A stretch of DNA of 63,240 nt, filler included, from Octopus bimaculoides (taxonomy: Eukaryota), in assembly GCF_001194135.2 (NCBI RefSeq). It is 5 parts of 5 records of this genome, joined end to end, with 100 filler letters (N's around TTAATTAATTAA, not from the genome) between each part and the next. Parts side by side here need not be neighbours in the genome. Positions count along the whole stretch, not along the records: positions 1 to 28,427 come from NC_068989.1; 4 more parts are not named here. The stretch is one strand, 5' to 3'. The first letter of the stretch is position 1. Every line of letters starts with the position of its first letter. Positions 12,421-26,169 of this stretch are shown piece by piece. The position numbers and the translations under genes were made by a program. The notes beneath the pieces are model-generated. The model saw nothing but the letters and a program-made list of their open reading frames with translations, was not told the DNA's origin and made no database searches.

Positions 12421-13496
12421 TTGAAGTGCATCAACTTGCAACACCCAGAGAGATGGTGTTTTTGGTACTAAGGGATATAACTTTTAACTTAACCCTTGCT
12501 TGGTTCATTTCATCATCTTTTTTATAGCATCCACAAATCAGATGTGTCTGTTACCATATTTAATTCCATAACTACCATCTCTGAAGGACACAGGATTACA
12601 TAATTAGACTATTACCTAACACTCTGTTGAACACCTACTGCAAAACCAACTGGTAAGATCAGCCACAATGGATATATAATACTGTACACTTCAATTAATA
12701 TACCCACTCTACTGACAGATATACAAGTGTATTTTTCCTTCACTTATAAACTTTTAGAGAGCTTAAACATGCACACAGACACACACAACACAAACACAAA
12801 CGCACACACACATGTACATAAATATTCCTGTGTATGTATGTAACATACATTATACATGTATTCTTGAATACATAATATATATATATATNNNNNNNNNNNN
12901 NNNNNNNNNNNNNNNNNNNNNNNNNNNNNNNNNNNNNNNNNNNNNNNNNNNNNNNNNNNNNNNNNNNNNNNNNNNNNNNNNNNNNNNNATTAAGATAGAA
13001 GAAATACACATAATTATATATATATATATATATATTTACCAATATATGATTGTATGCATGTATATACACATTTATGCACATAATGCAAGCTAATTAATTA
13101 GTGAGAGAATGTAATGCAGTGCCCCAAAACCTAATAATTACGTGAGCAGAATAGTAACAACATTTTACTGGTACTTAATGTTTTCCACTGTCTGGTGAGA
13201 TGCTGTGTAAAGTTAGTCCAAATAGTATGTCATGGCTGGAATGTCTTGGCTTCTAGATTTGATGAATCAGGGCTGAGTTGGGGCTAAACTGCTATAACTA
13301 CTCTAATACAAGCCTGTACCTCTGACAGGCACCATGACCACCACCACTAGCATGGACTATTAGAGAAAGTAGCTAAACCTCACCCAAATCACACGTGGAA
13401 CAATAAATTTCTAGCTGGCATTCACTGACTTGATCAACAAGCTTGGGGGAAATGACATGACAGCAACAACAACACCAACAATATCACACTCACAAG

Positions 13497-13527
<31 letters not shown>

Positions 13528-13609
13528 CACTACCACAGTCACCACCACAACCATCAAGACCCAGAAAAGAAAATTAAATTCATGATGTATAAAAGGTTAA
13601 TGAATGTAG

Positions 13610-13875
13610 GATCTGTTAGAAATAGCAGCCAAATCCCCTTCCAATAACATCATAGTGTCTTAACATAACTTCATACATATTTATGTATGTGACCAGTGAC
13701 AGTTGAATTGTACATGAGAGCTAGATCTGTTAGAAACAGCAGCCAAATGCCCCTCCAGCCTACTGAAATTAATTGCAGTTTATAAATTCTATGGCTGTCT
13801 TTCAACAAATGAACAACAGGTCCATTTAACTGCAGCACTTGATATGCTAGAAACAACAGCAAGACTTTAGCAAAC
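13610..13875 (+). repeat. Dispersed repeat motif (G/C)TAGAAA(T/C)AGCAGCCAAAT in several copies
   Basis: Copies at ~13617, 13730 and 13847, also ~15206, 15528 and 46440, and reversed at ~58520. Family not identified. Confidence 0.6.
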
Positions 13876-14744
13876 ATATATGAAGAAAGAGAAGGGGCAA
13901 TTTTGAAGTAAACACTCCATACAACCCCTCATAACTTTATTATTTTCTGGAATTTTCAGAAGAGTTTTGTGAACTTGTTCTCAACACAGAAATTGATACA
14001 GTTATGNNNNNNNNNNNNNNNNNNNNNNNNNNNNNNNNNNNNNNNNNNNNNNNNNNNNNNNNNNNNNNNNNNNNNNNNNNNNNNNNNNNNNNNNNNNNNN
14101 NNNNNNNNNNNNNNNNNNNNNNNNNNNNNNNNNNNNNNNNNNNNNNNNNNNNNNNNNNNNNNNNNNNNNNNNNNNNNNNNNNNNNNNNNNNNNNNNNNNN
14201 NNNNNNNNNNNNNNNNNNNNNNNNNNNNNNNNNNNNNNNNNNNNNNNNNNNNNNNNNNNNNNNNNNNNNNNNNNNNNNNNNNNNNNNNNNNNNNNNNNNN
14301 NNNNNNNNNNNNNNNNNNNNNNNNNNNNNNNNNNNNNNNNNNNNNNNNNNNNNNNNNNNNNNNNNNNNNNNNNNNNNNNNNNNNNNNNNNNNNNNNNNNN
14401 NNNNNNNNNNNNNNNNNNNNNNNNNNNNNNNNNNNNNNNNNNNNNNNNNNNNNNNNNNNNNNNNNNNNNNNNNNNNNNNNNNNNNNNNNNNNNNNNNNNN
14501 NNNNNNNNNNNNNNNNNNNNNNNNNNNNNNNNNNNNNNNNNNNNNNNNNNNNNNNNNNNNNNNNNNNNNNNNNNNNNNNNNNNNNNNNNNNNNNNNNNNN
14601 NNNNNNNNNNNNNNNNNNNNNNNNNNNNNTCTGTCTATTATCAGCTCTTCTTAACAGCATTTGGAATCAGATACCTTCCTTGCAACCCTCCCCCGTATAG
14701 ACATTCAGTCCCAGGGCACCATTTTCTACCATACACATGTGATT

Positions 14745-15132
14745 ATTCTTTGTCTCTTGGCACAAGGCCTGGAATTCTAGTAGAGGCAGCTAATCGACTC
14801 CATCGACCCTGCGTGTGAACGATTCTTTCACCTCACTGGCTTATACACACACACACACACATACTGTAACATCACTCACTCTCTCCCTCTCCATCTTTCT
14901 ATTCATTTATTTACGTAATAATTCTCATTTTACTTTTAGCACAAGGCCTGCAATTATTGTGGGCAGCTAATCGATTACATTGACCCTATTACATGATTTG
15001 TGCTCAATTCATGACCTTGGAATGATCGGATGCAAAGTTATCCTCACCAGAATTTGAACTCACAATATGAAACTACAAAATGGTGCCAAGCATTTCCTCT
15101 GGCATGTGAGGGATTCTGCCAACACGCTGTCT
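14745..15132 (-). mobile_element. Two degenerate copies of SINE family C (MetaSINE-like)
   Basis: GCACAAGGCCTG...ATCGAT/ATCGAC...ATTTGAACTCA pattern shared with the better copies at 29-34 kb. Confidence 0.65.
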
Positions 15133-15771
15133 TATGAACATACACACACACATACTATAACTACAATAATATATATCATATATAGTTATATTAATATATA
15201 TGCTTCTAGAAATAGCAGTCAAATCTCCTAAAATCACACATCATGCTGTGTTAGGTCTGAAGAATGTATCTGCATTGTAGGAAGGCTCGTTGGAATTACC
15301 AGCCAATTAAAGCTCTAATTACAGTGTACTTTCTAATGCATGTATATATGAGGTTGTAGAGGATCTCTGTCTGGTAGCTAGATCACTTTTAGTAAATGTT
15401 GATTTAACCCCTCCCCTTAACATTTCTGGCTTTCTCCATAAGTCAGGAAAAAAATCTATTCGTTTTGAGGACAGGGAGTTGCTTCTTGTATATCTGTATA
15501 TATAGTTGTATTGATATTTTCTCTTGTAGAAATAGCAGTCAAATCCCTTTAAATCACACATTATACTGTGTAATGTCTGAAGGAAATATTTGCATTGTGA
15601 CTCAGCTTGTTAGTAATAACATCCAAATCTCCCTCTGACATTAAACATAGGAGATGAAAGAGAGACAGAGAGAGTAGAATGAGAGAGGGAGGATGAAATA
15701 TAATGAGGGAGTGAGAAAGAAGGTGCTACATGGAGGGATCGATGGAATAACTACAAGGCTTAACAAAAATA

Positions 15772-16812
15772 TGAGGGGTGTTCATTAACGATATCCCATC
15801 ACCCACCCACTTCCAGTTATTGCAGGAAACAGAACTTGTACAGGTAGAATCATACATGTCTCTACACGTCACATTGTAAATTGCAGCTTTCCACTAGAAT
15901 TCGTTTGTCTTTTTTGGCTGCTGAAGTGCACTAAGCAGTTATAATGGAGGCAGTTGAATGCAGATCAATGATCAGGTTCTTTATACTTGAAAGGTCGTAC
16001 ACCAAATGAGACTTTTGATGAGATGAAAGAAGTTTATGGTGACGATGCACCATCATACGACATAGTCAGGCACTAGCATCACCAGTTCAAATGGGGCTGG
16101 ACATTGGTGGAAACAGTTGGACAACCACATTCTGCCATTGATGATGATGCCATCCATAAAGTGGAAGCTGCCATTTTGGAGGATCACCACATTTGCACAT
16201 GTTATCTGCACGATGGATTCCCCAGATGCTCACACCTTTTCAAAAGCAGGAATGAGTTAATTGTTCCAAGGCTCTTTTGGTAATGTGTCAAGAAAATGAG
16301 GAGGACTTTTTTGGCAGACTTATCACACAGGAGGAAGCGTGGGTCCATCACTATGATCCTGAGACTGAAGTCCAGTGGAAGCAATGGAAGCATGATAACA
16401 CATCACCTCTAAAGAAGGGTCGCGTCCAACCCTCAATCTTTTTGGACCAGCACAGATTAGTGATGATGGAATTTCTGGCACATCATGCTTCTCTGCTACA
16501 GAAATTGCAGGATGCCATCAAAGCAGAGAGGTGTGGCATGCTGCCCAAAGGAGTCTGCCCCCTCAAAGACAACAGCCCAGTTAACAGTGTGCATGTTGCC
16601 CAGATGAAAGCACACTCCTGTGGTTATGAAATCCTTACTCTCCTGACCTTGCACCATCTGACTTCCACATCTTTCCAACCATGAAATCTTTTTTGAAGGG
16701 GAAGAAATTTTTGGATGATAAACTTATTTCTAAGTCTTGACTCTAGATGCAGCCTACCAACTTCTACAGATGAGGTCTTCACAACTGCATAACAGAGACA
16801 GGAGAAGTGTGA
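15772..16812 (+). mobile_element. Mariner transposon, degraded and 3'-truncated
   Basis: TA|TGAGGGGTG end. Reads MKEVYGDDAPSYDIVRH, LITQEEAWVHHYDPETEVQWKQWKH (GDETW region) and PYSPDLAPSDFHIFP (YSPDLAPxD motif). Confidence 0.9.
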
Positions 16813-16814
16813 CA

Positions 16815-18970
16815 CCACTTCTGGAGGACAATTGAAGGTTCCTATGGGACAACCTGTTGAGGGCTACTGACCAGATCTGTGGCTGGTGCAAAGGCCCGCT
16901 TGACCTCAGGTAACTTGGTGGTGGCACAATGTAGCTGACAAGGTCATTAGGAAAAAGAAACAGGCATGGAAGGACTGGAAGTGTTGTGGAAGCAGGGAAC
17001 TGTATCAGATCAGCAGAAGGGAAGCTAGGAGACAGGTTTACTTAGCCAGAAGGGAAGCACATAAGAAAAAAATTTGCCAATGTTCTGTCTCATGAGGACC
17101 AGAGACTCAAAGTGTTTCATATTGCAAGACAATGTGTGAGAGAGAATTGTGATGTCAAAGGAGAGAAATGTGTCCACATGGATGATGGCTCGCTTGCATT
17201 TAATGCTGCTGCAAAGAGAAAGCCACTATAAATGGTTCCTGAATGAAGAGATTGAATGGGAGAAAGAGAGTGTGCCAAATGCCAACCCAACAGAAGTATC
17301 AGCTATTCAAATTGACAGTACCTTGGTAGATAAAGTAATCAAGGGTACAGAAGCAGGGAAAGCCCCCGGCCCATCAGGAATCACTGCTGCAATGCTTAAA
17401 ATATCGGGTGGTGTAGGCTGTAGTCTAGTCACTTGTATGGTCAAGCCGGTGATGCACAAAGAAGTCAGTACCAATGACTGGTGTAGTAGCACCATAATCA
17501 ACTGCTACAAAGGTAAAGGTGACGCATTAGACAGAAATAATTAGAGAGGTATGAAATTGTTGGATCAGGGGATGAAAGCCATGGAGAGGGACACGGCCCA
17601 ACTAATTAGGGAGTGAGTTAGTTTAGATGAGATGCAGTTTGGGTTTGTGCCAGGGAGAAGCACTACTGATGTTGCAGGAGAAATACCTAGCCAAAGATAA
17701 ACCTCTGTACTTGGTATCTGTTCACATAGAGAAAGCGTTTGACAGGGTCCCCTGATCCCTTATCTGGTGGTCAATGCAGAAACAAGGGATAGATGAGTGG
17801 TTGATGAGAGCTGTAAGATCCATGCACAGGGATACTGTGAGTAAGGTGGGGGTGGGCAACGAGTATAGCGAATAATTCCGGATTCACCAAGTGCTGAGCC
17901 CCTTCTTATTCATCATAGTCCACAAGGCAATAAGAGAGGAATTCAAGACAGGCTGCCCCTGGGAGCTCCTCTATGCTGATAACCTTGCTCTAATAGCTGA
18001 GTCACTTCCAGAACTAGAGAAGTTCCAGATGTGGAAGCAAGGTCTAAAATCAAGGGGCCTTAGTGTCGATCTAGCAAAACACAATGCCTTAGTAAGTAGG
18101 AAGGCAGACAAATCAGAAACCCCTTCAGGTAGATGGTCCTGATTGATCTGTAGAAAAGGTGTAGGTAGAAACTCCATATGATGTACCCAGTGCAATTATG
18201 GACACATAAGAGGTGCAGCAATATCAAAGGAAGGTTAACTGGAAAGATAGATTTTTGTGTGTGGTAGATGTGCAGGAGCAATAAACACCAAATATGTAGA
18301 GAAAGCAAATTCCATCACATTCCAGGGGGAAAAACTAAAAGTAGTTGATAGCTTCTGTTACCTAGGTGACCAGGTTAGTAGCTGGGTGGATGCTCTGAAA
18401 GCATAGCTGCTAGAATAAGAATAGCATGGGCAAAGTTACTTCTGCTGGTGACAAAGGGCCTCTCGCTTTGAGTGAAAGGTAGACTGTATGATGCATGTGT
18501 GCAAACAACCATGCTACATGGTTGTGACTGTTGAGGACATGTGTGGGCTTGAAAGAAATGAAGCTAGTATGCTCCACTAGATGTGTAATGTCAGTGTGCA
18601 TATTTGACAGAATGTAAGTACTCTGAGAGAAAAGTGGGACATAAGAAGTATCAGATGTGGCGAGCAGGAGAGACGACTGTGCTGGTATGGTTATATGATG
18701 TGTATGGATGAGGACAGCTGTGTGAAGATGTGTCACACCCTAGCAGTGGAGGGAACCTGTGGAAAAGGTTGACCCAGGAAGACATGAGATGACGTGGTGA
18801 AGCATGACCAAAAAACATTGGGCCTCACAGAAGCAATGATGAGTGACCGAGACCTTTGGAGATATGCTGTGTTTGAGAAGACCTGGCAAACCAAGTGAGA
18901 CCATAGCTGTGGCCTATGCCAGAGTCGCATAACCAGCCCATTTAAATGTACCCTTCAATCATCAGGCAAT
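16815..18970 (+). mobile_element. 5'-truncated RTE-clade LINE, degraded ORF, same family as 2905-4398
   Basis: Reads KAPGPSGITAAMLK, CYKGKGDALDRNN, QFGFVPGRSTTD, EKAFDRVP and CPWELLYADNL. High nucleotide similarity to 2905-3950. Confidence 0.92.
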
Positions 18971-19289
18971 ATCCTGTGTCAAGAGAAATTGTTGTCATGT
19001 TTGGCATGTGTATGTGTGTATGTGTAGGGGTTTCTATATTATGCTGTTTGTATCTGTGTCTCCTTTCTTCTTTTTCTTTCTCTTTGCCCTCTTCTGCCTT
19101 CAATTGTCATGTTGTAGGGTGGGTTTAAGTGGGGGGATATTATTATTCTTTTCGTGTTTTCTGTTGAGGCTTGGTCTACGTTTTATTATATGTGTGGCCC
19201 CCATAAAATGTTTGAATATCATATTTGTTATATGTATGCATAGAATCTTAACATCTATGTTATCTATTGAGTCCCATGTACTTAGTTAG

Positions 19290-20570
19290 CTTGTTGGTAT
19301 GGCACTAATGAGCTTTTTCTCCTCCCTGAGGTATCACCAGTGACCCTTAATCTTCTTTCCTATGCTGCGGGCTCTCTCTTCTTTGTATTCTTATCATGAT
19401 TCTGCACCATCCCTCTGTACACCACTATAAATTGTATTCCTAGTTTTGCTGTTTATCTCTGGTCATAACCTACACAATATACAGTTCCTGTCAGTACAGA
19501 GAGTTCTTTCGAATGGGTTTGTTCTACAGATTAGGGATTTTATGGAAGTTCCTGACCTTTCTTCCTGCTTTAGTCAGTGGATTCAATTTACCCAAGGTTT
19601 TTCTAAAATAATATGCTAGTTCTCCTCCAGGGGTAGCATTGATGAACATGATGTTTTGGTACGTTTGGCCATCATACCATGAGCTGGCCTTCCCTATCTT
19701 CCTCTTCGTCCCTTCTATACTATGCCATGATTTACTCTTGTCTAGCAGGCAGATCCCATTTGCATCATTCTCTATGATGGTCTTGAGTTTTGTCACGGCT
19801 CCTTTGTCCACCCTGATCCTTTCTCTTTGACTGTCCCTGGAGAACTGCAAGCAGTAGGTGAAGTGCTCTATGTGTCTCTTCAATTCCGTTGGGTCACACA
19901 TTTAGGACTCCTTTCTNNNNNNNNNNNNNNNNNNNNNNNNNNNNNNNNNNNNNNNNNNNNNNNNNNNNNNNNNNNNNNNNNNNNNNNNNNNTCTGTGGCA
20001 CAGGGATCTGGAGGCCATGGGTTTGGCATAGTATGAATGGAGAATCTGAACTTTGCTATTTCTAGTTTCCATCTACAGTTGAGTGTCCAAAACATGTAGT
20101 TTGTAGTTGGGGTGCTTATTAGGGTAATCTATTGTTCGTTAACACCCTGTTAGACGGGATTAGCTATTTGCTGGATGCTCTTCATGGTGCTTGCTTCTAG
20201 TTCATAGATGTTATCTTGTGGAAGTGTTTTTACTACTTTCTTGAAATCATTAACATAGCAAGAATACATGGTTAGGATTATGGAGTTCTCTGCAGAGCGT
20301 TCTTGGAATCCCTTATCCCACCATACCATAAAGAGGTTGGCCACATGGGTAGCAATACTGACACCGATGGTTGCCCCCTCTTCCTGGGTATATATCTTTT
20401 TATTGAACTTCAACATTTGATACTTTAGAATAACTTTGGTACTAGCAACTATCATGTAACATTTTCTCACCTGGTCATAGTTTTCTGGAGTCCTTATGCC
20501 TCTGATCCACCTTTTCCATCTGTCCATAAGGGTATTCTTGGCCATGGGGTGATGATAGGGTGTCTACCTG
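19290..20570 (-). mobile_element. Penelope-like element fragment (RT plus GIY-YIG region), degraded
   Basis: FNKKIYTQEEGATIGVSIATHVANLFMVWWD..MYSCYVND resembles PLE RT. MFINATPGGELA lies downstream, and the C-terminal NTIY...EERARSIGKRL resembles GIY-YIG. Confidence 0.75.
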
Positions 20571-20857
20571 TTTTCGGTTGACTGGGGCAGAAACATGAAG
20601 AATCTTGCAAAAGCAAACACATAAACATAAAAAATAGGTTGTGCTTTATTGAGTGACTAAATGACTAAATCTTTTTGAAGAGAGAAAACATCAGGTGAGT
20701 TTTATTTCAAATGATTGTTTTCAGGTTAGATCACAATGACGTTAGTCTTTCTGTACAAGTAAATGTGTGCCCAAGCACATCTGCACACACACACACACTT
20801 TTACTTAGACATAGACATAGACACAGGCGTCATTGTGGCCTGACCCAAAACTGATCA

Positions 20858-21140
20858 TCTATATATATAAAAATGAGAATGTGTGTCTGTCTGTCTGTCT
20901 GTGTGAATCCCTAAAACTCGAGAACTACCCAACCAATTTCATTCAAATTTTACACATGCCTTACTTAGGGTTCCAGTTGTGTTTTAGTCAAAACAAATTA
21001 TTAATTTCTTGTAGAGTTCGAGCACACGGCAACATAATATCTCCTCCACTATTTAAGTATTACGTGTCAAAAGTGAAACAAAAACACTCATGTCAAATAC
21101 TTTCACTTTAAAAATGAAACTATTCCACTAACTGAAACAA
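20858..21140 (+). mobile_element. Non-autonomous Helitron-like element, 5' part
   Basis: A|TCTATATATATAAAAATG followed by (GTCT)n and CCAATTTCATTCAAATTTTACAC. The 3' end is not visible and may lie in the adjacent gap. Confidence 0.6.
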
Positions 21141-22119
21141 TCACATTTCGATACTGTAGTGACAGATACTTTCACACAGAGAGAAAGAGAGAGAGAGAGA
21201 GATGTATATGTATNNNNNNNNNNNNNNNNNNNNNNNNNNNNNNNNNNNNNNNNNNNNNNNNNNNNNNNNNNNNNNNNNNNNNNNNNNNNNNNNNNNNNNN
21301 NNNNNNNNNNNNNNNNNNNNNNNNNNNNNNNNNNNNNNNNNNNNNNNNNNNNNNNNNNNNNNNNNNNNNNNNNNNNNNNNNNNNNNNNNNNNNNNNNNNN
21401 NNNNNNNNNNNNNNNNNNNNNNNNNNNNNNNNNNNNNNNNNNNNNNNNNNNNNNNNNNNNNNNNNNNNNNNNNNNNNNNNNNNNNNNNNNNNNNNNNNNN
21501 NNNNNNNNNNNNNNNNNNNNNNNNNNNNNNNNNNNNNNNNNNNNNNNNNNNNNNNNNNNNNNNNNNNNNNNNNNNNNNNNNNNNNNNNNNNNNNNNNNNN
21601 NNNNNNNNNNNNNNNNNNNNNNNNNNNNNNNNNNNNNNNNNNNNNNNNNNNNNNNNNNNNNNNNNNNNNNNNNNNNNNNNNNNNNNNNNNNNNNNNNNNN
21701 NNNNNNNNNNNNNNNNNNNNNNNNNNNNNNNNNNNNNNNNNNNNNNNNNNNNNNNNNNNNNNNNNNNNNNNNNNNNNNNNNNNNNNNNNNNNNNNNNNNN
21801 NNNNNNNNNNNNNNNNNNNNNNNNNNNNNNNNNNNNNNNNNNNNNNNNNNNNNNNNNNNNNNNNNNNNNNNNNNNNNNNNNNNNNNNNNNNNNNNNNNNN
21901 NNNNNNNNNNNNNNNNNNNNNNNNNNNNNNNNNNAAAAACCTATTTGTATATGCTCCACAAGGGAAAACAAGGAACATAGTTTACAACAAGGTGTTATAA
22001 TCACAACAGCAAGAAAGTATGTACATGATCACCTTCTTTTACGAAACTTCATTGACTTTCATATATTTATATTGATATACATATATATACGTGTGTTTGG
22101 GTGCGTGTGTGTATATACA

Positions 22120-22210
22120 TCTCTATATATAAAGACGATGCGTAGTCTAGACGGCGTTTTTAGATTTCATTATTCTCTTTAACCCGGGCAACGCCGGGTA
22201 TTTCTGCTAG
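22120..22210 (+). mobile_element. Minimal Helitron-like element (91 bp)
   Basis: A|TC start, CCCGGGCAACGCCGGG subterminal hairpin (22183-22198) and CTAG|T end. Confidence 0.6.
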
Positions 22211-22754
22211 TTTCAAATAAAATCTCACCTGATGTTTCTTCTATTCAACAAGTATTAATCATTTCATTTAATAATGCTCAACAACCAGTTTTTTTTTTCC
22301 TTTTCGTGTATTTAATTTGTTTATTATTTTGACCTTTTGCAATTTCTATTCATGTGTATATGCATCAATGTGTGTGCATATATGTATGAATGTGTGCAAA
22401 CAGCTGCGTGTGCATGTGTGTGTGTGTGTAGGTATGCAACACACCCATGAAGACCTGGGAAGACGAGAATACTGTATGAAAAGAAATCTGATACACCCTC
22501 CACCCCAACAAAGAAAGGAGAACACTTTGGAAATTGCTTTTAAATAAGAAACTCAGTCTGTCTGTCTGTCAATGTATAAATATATCTATTTGTGTGTGTG
22601 TGTGTATATATGGTGGTGCTCCAGCATAACCACAGCTGCATGGATGAAATGAGTAAAAGAATAAAACAATAGTATATATGTATACAGATATACATATTTA
22701 GATACACACACACATATATAAATACATACATATGCAATTTATATACATATATAG

Positions 22755-22785
<31 letters not shown>

Positions 22786-24964
22786 TATATATATATGTAA
22801 GGGACGACCGTATGAACTCAAAAAGGAGAAATGGTGACGAATGGAAAAAACAGAGGACTCCTTTTATTTAAACGTGTCACACGGTCAAACACAAAATAAT
22901 ATATATCAAGGATGATATACATAATATATGTTATACTACGATAACATAGATGACCAGTAATGAAAGACCACAACCGTATTAGATGAATAACAGAGATATT
23001 TATTATGGCGTTAAAGATGTATGTCTGTGTGAGAGTGTGAATGCGACATATAATAACATAATCAAAGACAGGCCGTCATACAAAGAAAAGTATGTATGTG
23101 TGTGATACATGTATGTGTATGTGAATATTACAGCAGAGAAAGAGTCAATAACACGTGAGCAATTATACCAGTTCTTGGGTACACAATAATATGAATCTGT
23201 ATGTGAAAGTTGGGGAGGCTGAGTGTGGCAGAGCTGATCACTAGTTGTGATGTCGTGGCATCGAAGCCGGGCCGTGATTCTTGTTATACAGATGTTCGTC
23301 GTTTGGCAGAGCTTATCACTAGTTGTGTTTTGGCTTCGATGCCAGGGCCTTGAGGACAGACGTTTATCGCAGGCTGAAATCTCTTGTCTGTTATTATCGT
23401 GGTGNNNNNNNNNNNNNNNNNNNNNNNNNNNNNNNNNNNNNNNNNNNNNNNNNNNNNNNNNNNNNNNNNNNNNNNNNNNNNNNNNNNNNNNNNNNNNNNN
23501 NNNNNNNNNNNNNNNNNNNNNNNNNNNNNNNNNNNNNNNNNNNNNNNNNNNNNNNNNNNNNNNNNNNNNNNNNNNNNNNNNNNNNNNNNNNNNNNNNNNN
23601 NNNNNNNNNNNNNNNNNNNNNNNNNNNNNNNNNNNNNNNNNNNNNNNNNNNNNNNNNNNNNNNNNNNNNNNNNNNNNNNNNNNNNNNNNNNNNNNNNNNN
23701 NNNNNNNNNNNNNNNNNNNNNNNNNNNNNNNNNNNNNNNNNNNNNNNNNNNNNNNNNNNNNNNNNNNNNNNNNNNNNNNNNNNNNNNNNNNNNNNNNNNN
23801 NNNNNNNNNNNNNNNNNNNNNNNNNNNNNNNNNNNNNNNNNNNNNNNNNNNNNNNNNNNNNNNNNNNNNNNNNNNNNNNNNNNNNNNNNNNNNNNNNNNN
23901 NNNNNNNNNNNNNNNNNNNNNNNNNNNNNNNNNNNNNNNNNNNNNNNNNNNNNNNNNNNNNNNNNNNNNNNNNNNNNNNNNNNNNNNNNNNNNNNNNNNN
24001 NNNNNNNNNNNNNNNNNNNNNNNNNNNNNNNNNNNNNNNNNNNNNNNNNNNNNNNNNNNNNNNNNNNNNNNNNNNNNNNNNNNNNNNNNNNNNNNNNNNN
24101 NNNNNNNNNNNNNNNNNNNNNNNNNNNNNNNNNNNNNNNNNNNNNNNNNNNNNNNNNNNNNNNNNNNNNNNNNNNNNNNNNNNNNNNNNNNNNNNNNNNN
24201 NNNNNNNNNNNNNNNNNNNNNNNNNNNNNNNNNNNNNNNNNNNNNNNNNNNNNNNNNNNNNNNNNNNNNNNNNNNNNNNNNNNNNNNNNNNNNNNNNNNN
24301 NNNNNNNNNNNNNNNNNNNNNNNNNNNNNNNNNNNNNNNNNNNNNNNNNNNNNNNNNNNNNNNNNNNNNNNNNNNNNNNNNNNNNNNNNNNNNNNNNNNT
24401 TAGTGCTTCCACTATTCTGTCCGTCTCATTATAATGTCGTCAAATTCACTCAGTTATTCAAGTTATTCAATTTTAATTTTTATCACATAGTCACTTATCT
24501 CTGCCTTAGATTAGCTGACCGAAAATTCTAATTTCTCAATTCTATATTTCTACCATTTACTGTCTCTATGTGACAGAAATCCCAAAAGAATATCTCTCTA
24601 TCTCCCTCGTGCTCTGGCCTAACCCTCTCTCCTTTAGTCTGTCTCTCTCGATCCCACTCTCTCTCTCTCTTTTCTCCTACCTCTTTCGATTAACCCCTTG
24701 CTTTGCCATGGCTATAAAACTAGCGCGCGCACCCCAAATTCCCCCACTCGACCTAAATGCCTTTGCAGCAATGGCTGTCATGCACCCGCCCTCTCACCCC
24801 CTCCACCAGTACCGGAAGTTCCTACCTTCTCCACCAGTACCGTAAGTACTTGNNNNNNNNNNNNNNNNNNNNNNNNNNNNNNNNNNNNNNNNNNNNNNNN
24901 NNNNNNNNNNNNNNNNNNNNNNNNNNNNNNNNNNNNNNNNNNNNNNNNNNNNTATATATATATA

Positions 24965-24996
<32 letters not shown>

Positions 24997-25214
24997 ACCA
25001 AAGATAAAATCTTTATAAGATTTTATCAGGTAGCCAGCATGTAATAAAACCATATAGGTAACAATTAATTCAAAATATATAATTATAATAAGGGCACCAA
25101 TGAGTAGCGCGCGCGCACACACACACACATGTAATATATCTTTCAATCTTTCATCGGTTTCAACTCAAAGCTGCAGCCAGGCTGGGGCACTGCTGTTTAG
25201 CTACACTGTTATCA

Positions 25215-25900
25215 TTGAGAGCCTTCTCTGATATGTGATATTTGATGAATAAGAGAATTTGATATTGTTACCCTCATTTGCACTTCCTGCCGCAAGATAG
25301 GTTCATCTGGGACTCTCGACAGGAAGAGATTCAGATTTGACCTGAAAAAACCCTATATTCACCTTGTGTAGGTCCCTCAGGCTCTTTAAGAAAATATTTA
25401 AAAAAAACTGTGGGCCCCTGAAACCCTGGCTGTTGCAGTAACTGGTCCTGAAATGCGACGGCATTGCTGGAATCTTTGGCACTGTGCAGTGGCGACTCGT
25501 TTTGGCATTTGTGTAGCTTTCAATGACAAAATTTGGTACAATCCATTCCAAGATCTTGCAGATACTGCATATCTCTCCCGCCTTCCCTCCAAAGAGTAGA
25601 ATCTTGGCTGTTTTAGCCTTTCCCAGTAGCTGAGCTATTGCAATGAGACGATCTTCTTTATGAAGCTTTGCTGGATTGCTTCAAGGTCTGCTGTTAATTT
25701 TCACTGTGGGGTGGCCATAGCTGGGAGCAGTAGTCCAGGCGGCTGAGGACGAATGTCCTCCAGAGGACCATCATGGTTTCCTTCTCTCTGGTTCTGAAGG
25801 TTGTCAGGATCCATTCAGTCAGCCGTCTGCACTTTATCGCCATCTTTGGTAATGTGCACTTGGAAAGATATCATCACTCATGTCGATACCCAGGACACGC
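25215..25900 (-). mobile_element. CR1/L2-like LINE 3' fragment, degraded
   Basis: Reads WILTTFRTREKETMMVLWRTFVLSRLDYCSQLW, LSYWERLK..YSLEGRRERY and GFRGPQFF..KSLRDLH. Confidence 0.8.
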
Positions 25901-25904
25901 ACAG

Positions 25905-26115
25905 AACCTAGAATCTAAGGATTTAAGGTTAACTTAGCAAAGACTAAAGTTTTAGTAAGTAAGAAAACAGACGAGAGGTAGGAAAGGTACAGACAAGAAT
26001 TCCATACGGTGTACACAGTGCAAGCTATGGACACACAACAGGTGCAGTGAAATGATAGGAAGGGTATCAGAGAAAGTGGTGTTCGTGTGTGGAAGATGCA
26101 CAGGATCCATAAAAA
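25905..26115 (+). mobile_element. Short RTE LINE fragment
   Basis: CTAGAATCTAAGGGATTTAAGGTTAACTTAGCAAAGAC, homologous to 3058-3290 and 18040-18270. Confidence 0.75.
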
Positions 26116-26169
26116 CTAGAGATTTGGGAAATTGTATGTATGTATGTATGTATATATGTATGTGTTTGT

